DNA of 63,747 bases, filler included, from Octopus bimaculoides (GCF_001194135.2; 8 parts of 8 records of this genome joined end to end with filler, not necessarily neighbours in it); one strand, 5' to 3'. Shown: positions 12,096-24,367, counted from the first letter of the whole stretch. The notes: generated by a model from the letters alone, not told the origin. Numbers and translations: made by a program.

Positions 12096-13316
12096 GACGT
12101 CTACTATTTGTGGTGGCTCTCACAGTCATGTCCTAAGCCAAACAGTCAGCCATCGGCAAAATTCGCCAATTTCTTGAAAATGGGGTCATAACCCCGAAAT
12201 ATTGAATACAAGGTAAGTCTACATTAATTCACATATTTGTTTTCTTGTGATTTACCTTGCATTTATTTCGCATTGTTTTGATCTTATCCACGATCCTTTA
12301 TACAATATATTCTACACAATGCTTCATAGTAACTATTCCAATATATATATAGAGAGAGGGAGAGTGAGATGTATGTGTGTGTATATATATATATATCTTT
12401 TATATAGTTTCAGCTTAGAGCTGCGGCTACACACACATGTATATATATNNNNNNNNNNNNNNNNNNNNNNNNNNNNNNNNNNNNNNNNNNNNNNNNNNNN
12501 NNNNNNNNNNNNNNNNNNNNNNNNNNNNNNNNNNNNNNNNNNNNNNNNNNNNNNNNNNNNNNNNNNTATATACATACATATGTGTGTGTGTGCGTATACC
12601 TGAGTGCGTGTGCGTGATGAGTCTATGTATCTTTGTTTTTATCTTTATTTTCGAATATTCTCACAAGATTGTAGTATCATTTTGTGCTCACGTAAACACA
12701 CTGTTTGAGATTTTATCCGATCTTTACTAAAGTTTCCCTTCTAGAGGTTTTCGTAAATCTATAGTCAGAGTGAGGCCAACAAATTTGTCGTTGCGGAAAC
12801 AGCAAAACTTCAGTAAACAATCGATGACGTGAAGTATATATATATATGTTTGTTTTTGGTCGTGTTAGTGATCTACTCTGCCGTTAAATTTATATATCTC
12901 TCCCCATCCTCTCTCACTCTCTATGTACATCTATATGTGTGTATATGTATATGTGATGTATGTTTCTTGTATGTGTGGATGCATGTATGTAGGTGTACGT
13001 ATATGTATGTATACATGTATATATAACGAAGCGACACGCAAATACAGACTCTTATTTCAGTTAAAGTCGACTTGTTTACTTCTTAATCGCCACTAAAGTC
13101 ATCATTAACTCTCTTTATTCTTAATCCAAAGGGATTAGTAAAGATTAGGGATGGATTAATTAAGCCCTTAATGGCCACCTTCTTCAGCTTCTCCATATTT
13201 AAATATGAACTCTGTTTCTTCGTCTTCTGTTCTTATTGGTTCCACGGACACAGAGTCAGTTGCAGTCCTAAGAACGCACTGCACTTAGTAATCATTTCCA
13301 CCACCATAAATCCCCG

Positions 13317-13344
13317 CTACTTCTACTACTACTACTACTACTAG

Positions 13345-13400
<56 letters not shown>
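13317..13400. repeat. (CTA)n microsatellite
   Basis: Directly visible. Confidence 0.97.
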
Positions 13401-13540
13401 ATGTCACCACCTCCGTAAGTAGATCCTCCGTAAGTATTGCTTATCCACGCTCTGCCGCTCGCAACGGTTGTTATTTGTACTGCGCGAAGGTACACCACTA
13501 GCCTGTGCCTCCTCTCTATATTTTTTTATTTTTATTGTTT

Positions 13541-13775
13541 GGGCGGTGAGCTGGCAGGGTCGTTAGCACGCCGAGCGAAACGCTTAGCGGTTTATCGTCT
13601 GTCGCTAGATTCTGAGTTCAAATTCCACCGAGGTCAACTCTGTCTTTCATTTTTCGGGGTCGATTAATTAAATACCAGTGAAACACTGGAGTGGATGTAA
13701 TCGACTAGTTCCCCTCCCCTAAATTTCAGGTCTTGTGCCTATAGTAGAAAGGATTATTATTATTATTATTATTAT
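13541..13775 (+). mobile_element. tRNA-derived SINE family B with (ATT)n tail
   Basis: GGCGGTGAGCTGGCAGGGTCGTTAG (A-box), GAGTTCAAATTCC (B-box), conserved core GTCTTTCATTTTTCGGGGTCGATTAATTAAATACCAG; homologues at 27955, 59157, 23047, 58895. Confidence 0.85.
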
Positions 13776-13949
13776 CATGGTCATTGTCGTCGTTCTTGTA
13801 GTTCTTCCTTCATTTTCTTCACAGTTGTGTTTTACTTCAGGTCCTGTTTATATTATTTGCGTTTCCTGAACAGAAAAGTCTCTTTGCTGGCTTGGTTTGT
13901 ATTATGTGGCTATTTTGTTAGTTTCCCTTGATTCGTTATTCCAAATTTA

Positions 13950-14360
13950 TGTAGCGAAGTGATGGCCAAGCAGTCAGTTTGTTGCACTTACGATCGCCAA
14001 ATCGTGGTTTTCGACATTCGGATCAGGCTGTGCATTATGTTCTTGATCAAAGCACTTCTTTTCAAAATATTCTGTAGTCACTTTGACATCTGACGTGTGG
14101 CAAACCATGCGTCTGCACACAGGTAATATTAATTTGATGAAGACAATGAATTGATCATTATAAACAAATCATTTTGTTCAGCAAGATCTTGCACATCCCG
14201 CATCTGTAGTTTACGACAGTAGAGTCCATGAGGTATATGTAGATCCACTGCAGACATAGTAGTTTCTATTTTCCCAGTAACCCTATCTACTGCATTCCTG
14301 GTTAATATAATCTTGTTGTACAAGAATATGAGAGTGGGGAGTAGTCTAAATGTCATCAGT
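13950..14360 (-). pseudogene. Possible highly degenerate LINE AP-endonuclease fragment
   Basis: DLHIPHGLYCRK..DVQDLAEQNDLFIMIN loosely resembles the DFN..L.DF...NDL.I.N region; weak. Confidence 0.25.
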
Positions 14361-15183
14361 GATTTTCTTGATCAGTGATTTTCTTGTCTAGCTTTGTCAA
14401 TCCACTTAGCGTCCAGCCGAGAATATTATGCTTATATAATTCCTTCTACAGTAACAGTATAGTCGTTTATAATCCTAGTTTTTACCTGTACCTATGTTTT
14501 AAGAGATAGTCTAATACTTCTCTCAAATTACCATGCAACCTTTTTTTTCTTGTCTCTTGTGTGTGTGTGTGTGTGTGTGTGTGTGTCTTCCAATGTCTTG
14601 CTCATTAATTCCTAATTGTCTGTCTGTCTGCGTTCGGTCAAATTCATTTACGTCGTCTTTTTTGATCTAAAATGATATTAGTGATTGAAGTTTATCTTGG
14701 CACATTTTCTAAATCAAATTTTATTTATTAGTTCCTCCACTAAGTCTGTGTACTCTCAGTAACAATATTACTACTTGTTGATGTTTCGTTTTCTTTTCCA
14801 TTTGCAATGTACAATTTTGTAAAAGGTGGTTGATTGTCCTTCTGTAGATTTTTATATCCGACTCTAGTCATATTTATCTATGTTGGTTAATGCTATCAAC
14901 GATAGAAAGAAATGAATCAGGCAACAAAGTTTCCAGGGAATATTCTTCTCACGAGAATGGAATTGGTTTTCAGAATTCTCTATTTTGCTTGTTTATGCAA
15001 AATTATTGGACAGAGTTGTCTCACATTTTTAACATGCAAGATGTGGCAACCCGCCCCTTAACTTTATCAGCTAAGCTGCTTCAAAGCAAAATGACTGCGA
15101 GGTTTTTCTGCCGCATCTTGTACCTGTTAGTCTTTATGTAACTTATTGGGATGAACGAATGGGTTTACGATTAACAAAAAGTG

Positions 15184-15267
<84 letters not shown>
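15184..15267. repeat. (ATT)n microsatellite, first array of a LINE-interrupted cluster
   Basis: Directly visible; further arrays at 15325-15351, 16108-16175 and 16440-16465. Confidence 0.97.
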
Positions 15268-15324
15268 TTATGTTTTGACATTTGCCTTGCATTTGTACAA
15301 GTTGGATCTAAGTCTTACCCAGAG
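15265..15324 (-). mobile_element. Short 3'-tail fragment of a Dong/R4-like element (tail type 2)
   Basis: Reverse complement matches 30470-30527; embedded in (ATT)n on both sides. Confidence 0.55.
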
Positions 15325-15350
15325 ATTATTATTATTATTATTATTATTAT

Positions 15351-16103
15351 TCAGTAGTTTTATTTTTATAACGTGCTTTCACTTCACTACCGAGCGCAGC
15401 TCTGTGCGCCTTGGGTATATGCTGTGGTTTGCTGTGGTGCTCTTATGTTTACTGTATTGAAAGTGTTTTGCGTAGAATGTGTGCAGTACCCAGTAGTGCA
15501 ATTTTCTGTATGTTATATATATTTGTAAGTCCTGGTGTTTTTGTTATGTATTTGTCTGAATATTTTTTTATTATACCTAAGGCACCTACTATGATAGGAA
15601 TTGTTTCTGTTTTTAGATTCCACATTCGAGTTATCTCTATTTCCAGGTCTTTGTATTTTGAAAGTTTTTCCNNNNNNNNNNNNNNNNNNNNNNNNNNNNN
15701 NNNNNNNNNNNNNNNNNNNNNNNNNNNNNNNNNNNNNNNNNNNNNNNNNNNNNNNNNNNNNNNNNNNNNNNNNNNNNNNNNNNNNNNNNNNNNNNNNNNN
15801 NNNNNNNNNNNNNNNNNNNNNNNNNNNNNNNNNNNNNNNNNNNNNNNNNNNNNNNNNNNNNNNNNNNNNNNNNNNNNNNNNNNNNNNNNNNNNNNNNNNN
15901 NNNNNNNGATCTCCACATATTCTACAGTTACTTGTTATATTTCTTTTCATTATGTGTTTTTGGTAATTTCTGGTGGGGAGGCTTTGGTCTTGTGCAGCAA
16001 TTAAAAATCCTTCAGTCTCTGCTTTGAGTCCTGAGCTTCTCAGCCATTGCTGGGATTTTTCTCTGTCTATTTCTTTCGCATTTAGTTTAGCCCAGTATTT
16101 ACC

Positions 16104-16105
<2 letters not shown>
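15351..16105 (-). mobile_element. 5'-truncated R4/Dong-clade non-LTR retrotransposon (zinc-finger region + RLE C-terminus + 3' UTR)
   Basis: GKYWAKL..QQWLRSSGLKAETEGFLIAAQDQSLPTRNY..NCRICGD [gap] EKLSKYKDLEIEITRMWNLKTETIPIIVGALG..IQKIALLGTAHILRKTLSIQ* (stop 15449-15451); flanked by (TAA)n on both sides. Confidence 0.88.
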
Positions 16106-16163
<58 letters not shown>

Positions 16164-16175
16164 CATTATTATTAT

Positions 16176-16440
16176 TTTTTTTCTCTTTATCCACAGGTTT
16201 TATTGGAGCTCCTGGAGTTTTGCATGCGTAACAGGCTTACTATCTGCGGCCTATGGTACCGTGCTATTCGTTCTTTTCCGCTATCTAATACTTTCCTGAT
16301 TATTCTGGCCGTGCCAAGGAAACAAACCTTTTGCAACAATTTTACCGGGCACTCTATTCCCATTTTCTTTATATTCTTTTTGATGCCTTCTATTTCTGTT
16401 TCCAAAACACAACAATAATTGGCACTATCTTCACATTCTT
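16176..16440 (-). mobile_element. Second-subfamily R4/Dong-like 3' end
   Basis: VKIVPIIV.. then GIKKNIKKMGIECPVKLLQKVCFLGTARIIRKVLDS, the Dong C-terminal LQK..LLGTARI.RKVL motif; flanked by (TAA)n. Confidence 0.75.
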
Positions 16441-16464
16441 ATTGTTATTATTATTTATTATTAT

Positions 16465-16465
<1 letters not shown>

Positions 16466-16512
<47 letters not shown>

Positions 16513-16519
16513 CAGCAGC

Positions 16520-16580
<61 letters not shown>
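16466..16580. repeat. (AGT)n microsatellite with (AGC)n interruption
   Basis: Directly visible. Confidence 0.97.
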
Positions 16581-17189
16581 ACCTGGTGGAGCGCCGGAAA
16601 AATGCCTTGCAGTATTCCTTCTTGAACCAGAAACAATTTTTGATGCCACCTTAGTCATAACCAATATTTCCACCTCAGTGAAACACTGTCAAAAAACTTC
16701 CTCCTAATCACTCCTTCTTTTACTCTTATATTATACTTTTATACACTTATTCCTATATTTTTATGTAAATTGTTATCCTTATTTTCCCCTGTATAGATAT
16801 AACTAATTGATTTTACAATTTTACGAACCTTTCAACAATCCATTTTCTTCTTCTGATTGAGCTAATTTTCTTCAGCCTATCATTTATCCTTTACGACTTT
16901 ACTATAGTCAAAGTTTGTGTATCCAAGGCAACTAGGTTTTAGTTCTTTGTTTTTGGTTATTGTTTTTTAGGGAGAACTCTTTCGTTGTTGCTTTTAGCTT
17001 TTATTTTGTTTTTGTTTCCCCTTCAGTTATCACTCTTGGGGATTTCTTGCAATCATTGTTGTACACACATCTTCACAAACCCTTTCGCCTAATCTATGTT
17101 TTCAAATTGTTATCCTCAGATAACATGTAGAAGCCTGGAGAGTACCCAGTTCGGGCTATACGGAAGATGGGGGACGAGAAACCACTGAC

Positions 17190-17850
17190 CAGTCCAATTT
17201 ACCGATTCACTCATTTCTATAGAAAGATGTGTATTGTCACGCATTGTCATGGTGAATGTGAAATGTTTTCAAATTCTTTTTCGATCTCTCTCCTCATAGT
17301 TTCTCTTAACTTTTCGAGGGTTTCAAGTACAGCTTCGTTTCAGAAAAACAGAGATAATGATGTCCTTAGCATCCCTCAAAACACAGTTACCATGACTTTC
17401 TGTACTACCGCTGGTTGTTGAACTTCTTACCTCTTAAAGATGAGCTGTGACACTATTCCATGGACTGAGCCATCGTTTTAGGATCATAAAGACCCGTTAA
17501 CATCTCCCTATCATCAGATCGGAAAAAAATCCTTTTCATTGATTTCAAATGCTTCCAGCTGATCAGAGAAGACTTTCATCTTTCTTCCTTCAAAATTGAA
17601 TATCAACTACTATTTGCAAATACTTTCTGATACCTAAAATCTTCTACTATGAGACATTGTAACTCTGCTGTCTGCGTGAATCAATTCGTTCGTTCACCGT
17701 TGATTCGTGTCGTTGGTCGCAGTTGATCGTCTTCCATTGGATGGTCTGTTTTCAATGCTGGTTTTTCCCCTTTTAAACATCTTCATCCATCCATTCACAA
17801 TGTTCTCGCCGATGGTGTCAGCTCAGTAAACAGTCTATATATTCTTCAGT
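17190..17850 (-). pseudogene. Old mariner transposase remnant
   Basis: Minus-strand frames give GWMKMFKRGKTSIENRPSNGRRST..NELIHADSRVT (HTH region) near 17660-17810 and IHHDNA near 17250. Confidence 0.6.
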
Positions 17851-19223
17851 GGATGTCAGACAACGTGGACCCCTCGTTTGTCAAAGACTGAACGACAACA
17901 TGTTGCTTCTGCTTGAAAGCCATTATTTGTCTGAAAAGAAGAACAGGCATAATTACTTCAGAGAAAGTTACTCTACCAACATGTGCAATTTGAACGACCT
18001 ATGCCAGTTAATAAAAAGGGTTATGCTTAATTTTGTATCACATCACAACCCACATCTAAAACTCGGTTTGGAGTTGGCAGAAACAACTCTATTAACAAAA
18101 AACAAAGCCACTCACATTGCGAAAAATTAGGGGCAAATATTGCATATCACTATGTATAAAATAATTACAGTCTCTCTGAATTTATTTCTTTAATTCTATT
18201 CGTCGCTCGTACAGACTATAAGCCTGTTGACTTACTAAAATTACAGCGACCATAATTAGGAGCATAGACAACCTTGCTTTGTCCTGGGTCACCATTCAGA
18301 ATACAGAAAGTAATTGTATTGTCACTGATAACATGATATGGAGCAGGGCTATGTTTCAAGAAACCAGTCTTTCTATGACGCTATTTATACTTTCAATGAT
18401 TTTGTTGTCGTGTTTGTAAATGAAAACTGAAGAGGAGAAATTGGCTACAGGAGGGCAGAAACACCTACCTGACACTTTCTTTGTGAATACCAAGCATAAA
18501 AACAGTTACAAGCCAAGAATACAAACAGTTACAGCATTCCATTTATAGAGATTTGAGCCGGTTACGACATCATGAAAGGACGTAGGGATGAATTTGGCCA
18601 AAACGTATGTACCTACATAATTGTAAAATAGGGAAAAACAAGCCTAGTAAAACCATTATAAATGGCCGACTATTTTTCCGCTTTCCGACGTATAACTAGT
18701 CATGAATGAAATATTTTTGATTATGGGACTTGAAAAGAAGAACTTGGAACCAGAGAAAATTAAGTTATCCGGATGGAAAAAAAAGACTTCTGGACTCTTT
18801 GTATGTTAACAAATCTCTGCCAACATCTATAGGTGTGTATCCTTGTTCTTCAGTCAGGAAATACATTACGTGGAGATTCTATCCGTCTCTTTATTAATAA
18901 GGTGTCTAGTTATTTGTTTGTTAGAGTCTTCCAGAGATTAACGATGTATGTAAGTATATTTTTAAGTAGTTTATGAGTATGCGTGCATGTGTCTGTGTGT
19001 GTGTGTTTATATCTTGCGTGTATATCGGTGGAAGATGAAAACATAGGCGTAAAACATGCGTTCCTTTGGTCAAAGTCCACCGGGTTACAATTGTTCCATT
19101 GTAGGCAGAAATGCAATGAACCAAAGACTGGCCCATTGGAAACCTTTATTGTGGAAATATAGAATGTAAATGTAGACGATAAATAACTATCTAAATGTAT
19201 ATCTTTCTAACTCTATGCATGTA

Positions 19224-19297
<74 letters not shown>

Positions 19298-19394
19298 CCT
19301 ATATATATATATATNNNNNNNNNNNNNNNNNNNNNNNNNNNNNNNNNNNNNNNNNNNNTTAATTAATTAANNNNNNNNNNNNNNNNNNNNNNNN

Positions 19395-20085
19395 NNNNNN
19401 NNNNNNNNNNNNNNAAGCCTCTAGTTGGAGTCCTGCATGTAGGCGGCATAAGTAAGATGGTCGTTGTTGGATGGACCCGTAGACGAACGTCCACTCTGGT
19501 CTTGCTTGTGCGTTCAGGCAACCCTTTTCAGGGATAGTACTGCTTGCTACACATGGGGAAGGGCCTAGAAAATGTGGCTCAGAAAAAGCTCGTCCTCACT
19601 TGCTCGACTGGGTAACCGCTCCCAGTGAGTCATCCCCAAACATGCGGTCGAAACCAAGCATCAAAATTGAAAAATATCAGCATCGAATACATGATCCTCG
19701 AACGTCAACTGCTCTGGGTGGGGAATGTTATCAGGATGCCGGAAAACCGTATACCCAAGATTGTCCTTTTTGGGGAGTTAGCAGAGGGTAACCGACCGCA
19801 CTGAGGTCCGAAGAAGCGATATAAAGATCATCTCAAGAAATCCCTGAAGCTCTGCAACATCTCTGGTGAACTTGAAACACTGGCCACAGACCGTTCTACC
19901 TGGAGGAGTATGGTCAAAATTGGCACGCAGCATTTTGAGGATGAGCGGACTAGACTTCGCGAAGAAAAGCGGAGACAGCTCAAGGAATGTCAACAAAATC
20001 CTAGACGAGCTCATCTTCATTGGAGCCCTCTTCACTGCTCTCGGTGTAATCGGCTATGTGCCTCCAGAATCGGCCTTTTCAGCCA
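19395..20085 (+). mobile_element. RTE (BovB-like) LINE fragment: putative 5' UTR fused to the ORF 3' end
   Basis: One frame from 19658: ISIEYMILERQLLWVGNVIRMPENRIPKIVLFGELAEGNRPH*GPKKRYKDHLKKSLK..LATDRSTWRS..CSRCNRLCASRIGLFS; single TGA at 19802. Confidence 0.85.
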
Positions 20086-21096
20086 ATTGTTTATTTATTT
20101 ACTATTAGTCCATTGACAATTGGATTAGGAATGATTAATGTGAATGAAAATATTAATCAAACAGATATTAGAAGGTACACATGAAAGCTGTTACAATAAA
20201 TTAGAGCATAGTAAAAGCTAAGGGCGGTTATGGTGTCTGACGTTATATATAGAGTATCTACAACAATAAAAATGTGATTGGTATGTTCTGAGTTCAAATC
20301 CAATCGAGGTCGAGCTAGCCATTCACTTTCATCATTCCGAGATCGATAAAATCAGATACCACCCAGAACGATAGAATGGCTGAAATGTTACCTTGCGGTA
20401 TTTTTTCTTACTTTTTGCGATTTGAGTTCAAATTCTGCTGAGGAAAATTTTGCCGTTTATCCTTTCGGAATCGGTAAAAGAATGAGAATACCGGTCTAGG
20501 ATGTTAGGTTGGCAGAATTGTAAGAATTCTGCGGAAAATTCCTAGTTGTAATTGTTGCAGCTTTCTACATTCTGGTTTCGCCAATAATGAGACTGGTGAG
20601 AAGCTGTATCGGCCCCTTGAGCAACATCGAAGACATTGAGATTGGAGACTTACTACAGGAGTATCAGCTGGTTTTCCTTTCTATAACTTTTATAAATATG
20701 ATATTAATATTACGATCTGTTACGGTATTGTGTGGTTCAATATTTTAATGGGAAGGATTGATAATTTCCGATTGAGCCGTGTTTGACGTAAATGTTGAAC
20801 GTTCATGGGACATTTTGTCGGGTGGTATCTGATTTGTGAAAGTGAATGGCTAGCTTGACCTCGATTGGATTTGAACTCAGAACATACCAATCACATTTTT
20901 ATTGTTGTAGATACTCTATATATAACGTCAGACACCATAACCGCCCTTAGATTTTACTATGCTCTAATTTATTGTAACAGCTTTCATGTGTATCTTCCAA
21001 TATCTGTTTGATTAATATTTTCATTCACATTAATCATTCCTAATCCAATTGTCAATGGACTAATAGTAAATAAATAAATAAATAAATAAATAAACA
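20086..21096. mobile_element. Foldback-type insertion with ~277-bp terminal inverted repeats (20088-20364 / 20820-21096)
   Basis: Arms are near-identical reverse complements (about 4 substitutions, one ~17-bp indel, differing TAAA copy number) around a 455-bp spacer. Confidence 0.8.
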
Positions 21097-21299
21097 CACC
21101 AAAAGGATCCTCCGTCGATTTCGATGAAGAACATTTCAGTTGTTTCCTCAACAGATTTACTTACTCATACAGTTATAGCGATACTGGCTGAGTGTTCCAA
21201 AATCAGTTGTACCAATAAGGTTATCACCGGAAGAATTAGTGAGTCATCATATCGACTCATAGCGTCGGTTTCCTGGATTCTGGACTGGACACAGACCTG

Positions 21300-21450
21300 T
21301 TGTAGGAATACTCATTTTTTGCTAGCTGGAGTAACGTAAAATAAAGTGTTTTGCTTAAGAACATAATACATCGCCCGGACCAGGGATCGAAACGGCTATC
21401 TTAGGATTATGAACCCAACGCATTAACCGCTCAGCCACGCACCTCCACTG
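21300..21450 (-). mobile_element. tRNA-derived SINE (head and partial body)
   Basis: Minus strand GTGGAGGTGCGTGGCTGAGCGGTTAATGCG..GTTTCGATCCCTGG (A and B boxes). Confidence 0.7.
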
Positions 21451-21907
21451 AGGTTCAGTGAGCCAGCGTGATATGTATATTTCTTGGAAGTTCAGGTACA
21501 TTCAATCCATATCAATAATCTCTCTCTTACTCTCTCATCTCTCTGTCTCTTTGTGATGTGTGTTATGTGTGTGTATGTGTGTGTGTGATATGTGTGTGCG
21601 TATATGTGTGTGTATGTGTGATATGTGTGTGCGTATGATATGTGTGTATGTGTGTATACGTGTGTGTCTGGAAGACCAGACGTTAAATGATGATGATAAT
21701 GATGATGATGATGGTGATGATGGTGGTGATGATGATGATGATGACACCGACGATGATGATGATGATGACACCGACGATGATGATGAAGATGATGATAATA
21801 CATGCATGTATGCAGACATCAGACATACATATATAATATACATACAAACGTACATATATACACACATATACACATACACAATCACATATATGTTTACTAA
21901 CATACGT

Positions 21908-22115
21908 TGAGGCGCAAGCCTGGCTGCGGGTTAAGAAGCTTGCTTCCTAGTCACATGGTTCCAGGTTTAGTTCCCGGGCCAAGTGTCTTTTACTATAATC
22001 CCGGCCTGATCGAAGCCATGTGTGTGTGTGTGTCAGTGTTTGCCTCCTGGTGTTAATGTGTTTACGTCCCCGTAACTTAACAGTTCAACAAAAGGGATGG
22101 AAAGATTAAGTACCA
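21908..22115 (+). mobile_element. Internally deleted SINE family A copy
   Basis: Head GGCGCAAGCCTGGCTGCGGGTTAAGAAGCTTGCTTCC, short (TG)n, body GTTTACGTCCCCGTAACTTA. Confidence 0.7.
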
Positions 22116-22639
22116 CGCTTCAGTGGCGTAGTTAATTGGGGATCAAATATAGTGACCCCTTTCTTCGAGCAAATTTTTCAAAATTGGCGCCTTTTTAACA
22201 TTTTTTTAACCTTTTAATTTCCTTGTACAATATAAGTCGAATTTCTTGTTTCATTCTTTTCTTTTTCTTCTCTTTTTTTTCTTTGTTAATTGGATGGCCT
22301 TGATTCTGATGAATTGTCTGCTGAATTTCTTGCGATGTATTTGTGTCCGTTGGCATCTGAAGAACTAAAAGAAACCCTGACGTCATAACCTCTTAACACT
22401 GGACGATCCTGTAGAATTTCATCTTTTCTTCTCCGTCACACCTTTATCAGAAGTTGTAAGTTTTCATTCATAATGACATTGTTATTGAAACATGAAATTA
22501 ATGAATGCAGAATACAATTACACACATTATAATAACGAAATATTTCGCGCCATATATGAGAAGTGAGTTACAAATTGTTCGGTATGTGTAACGGCAACAT
22601 TTTTTTAAGTGCTCGCTCTTCCTAACTTTAAAACCTGGC

Positions 22640-22762
22640 AACGCCACAGCTTTAAAAAAACAGATAAGTACTTGAGTTGATTCGATTGAATAAAGTATCT
22701 TTTTTCCGACGCGGTGCACCAGCATGGTCGCAGTCTAATGACTGAAACAAAGAATAAAAGAT
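22640..22762 (+). mobile_element. SINE family A 3' part
   Basis: GCGGTGCACCAGCATGGTCGCAGTCTAATGACTGAAACAAAGAATAAAAGA. Confidence 0.7.
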
Positions 22763-22903
22763 ACACACACGCACTGATATATATATATATATATATANNN
22801 NNNNNNNNNNNNNNNNNNNNNNNNNNNNNNNNNNNNNNNNNTTAATTAATTAANNNNNNNNNNNNNNNNNNNNNNNNNNNNNNNNNNNNNNNNNNNNTAT
22901 ATA

Positions 22904-22939
<36 letters not shown>

Positions 22940-22982
22940 TGTATGTATGTATGTATTGATGCATGAATATAGTTAATATTCA

Positions 22983-23044
22983 GACGTTACAGAGCGACTC
23001 GAGTGCCGACTGTTTCGTGCTAGACCAGATTATCATCAGATGTC
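22983..23044 (-). ncRNA. Type I hammerhead ribozyme-like motif (stem II degenerate)
   Basis: Minus strand: GACAT-CTGATGA-TAATCTGGTCTAGCAC-GAAACAG-TCGGCACTCGAGTCGCT-CTGTA-ACGTC; both catalytic core boxes, stem III ACAG/CTGT, GUA cleavage triplet, stem I 4/5 paired. Confidence 0.55.
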
Positions 23045-23046
23045 AC

Positions 23047-23240
23047 TGTAAGTTCAAAGCCTGAAATTTTGTGAGAGAGGGCTTGTCGATTACATCAACC
23101 CCAGTGCTCAATTGGTACTTATTTTAATAACCACGAAAGGATGAAAGGTAAAGTCAGTAAAGACAACCTCAGTGGTTTTGAACGCAGATCGTGAAATCGG
23201 AAGAATTGCCACTGTGAATTTTGTCCGGCATGTTAATGAC
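23047..23240 (-). mobile_element. SINE family B copy
   Basis: Reverse complement of the family B core (CCCCAGTGCTCAATTGGTACTTATTTTA..CGAAAGGATGAAAGG) and head. Confidence 0.75.
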
Positions 23241-23993
23241 TCTGCCACATTGCCACCTTTTATATGCTACTGACTTTTTATAGCAACAATCATTCATGTT
23301 CCCTAGATTTTTTATTAATAAACTATCATTTGTAGCTGAGTTACAACTCCGGATGTCTGAACCAAGAAAAATACATTCATCTGATTAACTTTTCATCACA
23401 AATTACATCCAACTATTAGCCTTGCCATCAAGATGTACCCAAGTGCAGACTACCAATCGTTAATATATACTCGCTTTCCCGTAGCCGTACAATACTGTCC
23501 TCACTCGAAACTCTGCTTTGTACGTCATCCTCTGGAAGGTGATTTAAGGTAACTATTTACTGCTTCCATCAACGTGAGTGCAATATGATGGTAATTTGTA
23601 TAATCAAGAAAATGTTCAACTATAGTGTGTTTCCATAGATATAGTTCTTTATAGAAAGAACAAGGTTAAAAGTTTTAGCGAGAAGCCGTCATGTATGCGT
23701 GAGAATAATGGAAAGTACACAAACTGGACTGATGACCTTGTTTCGTTGGAGTGAACATAAAATGTGTCGCGTAACCCCAGGCCTGCTTTCATTAAACAAA
23801 CCTAAAGCACTAAGGTAGTTCGCTAAACCACTAGACGCAACTCACAAATCTGATTTTCCTTTTATAACACTCATTTGCCTAGTTGAGAACCATATTAAAT
23901 ACTCCAACAAGAAATGACCAAACTTATAGATTGCACTGTGGAAGTCTGTACACGTTGCAATCTCTCGACTACCCTGTCTATTTTCATACATTT

Positions 23994-24122
23994 GTAGACA
24001 CTGGTGATGGGCACAACGGAGGCGGACATGGTCAACTTGGTAAGTGAGCAGCAGCTGTTACTCTACTATTGGTGGTACCCATTTGGGGGTGTTAATGAGG
24101 CTCGAGCGCTATAGGTCGTGCG
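23994..24122 (+). repeat. Left arm of a 129-bp inverted repeat (partner 28251-28379)
   Basis: About 5 mismatches in 129 bp against the reverse complement of 28251-28379. Confidence 0.9.
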
Positions 24123-24367
24123 CTCAGGATAATGTAGTCGTAGTTTTTTGTGATGTTATATATGTATCTGAATGTTTGAGATAAACTTTCATCCGGTGGC
24201 AGGGACTGTGACAGTTAAAGCTTGTTGCTTGTGGAAGTGATCGATGTGTTCTTGCGTTGTTTGATTATTTTGTAATTTATTATAGTTTGTTATGGAGATG
24301 TTGGGTGCTCACATAAGACTGACATGATCCAAGATGGAGCTAATTTCTTGTAGATCATTAGTATTGT

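Noticed and set aside
12826-12834. Hammerhead-like look of 12760-12815 upstream of this motif (CAGAGTGAGGCCAAC..GTTGCGGAAAC)
   Set aside because: Core box altered and stems I/III do not pair
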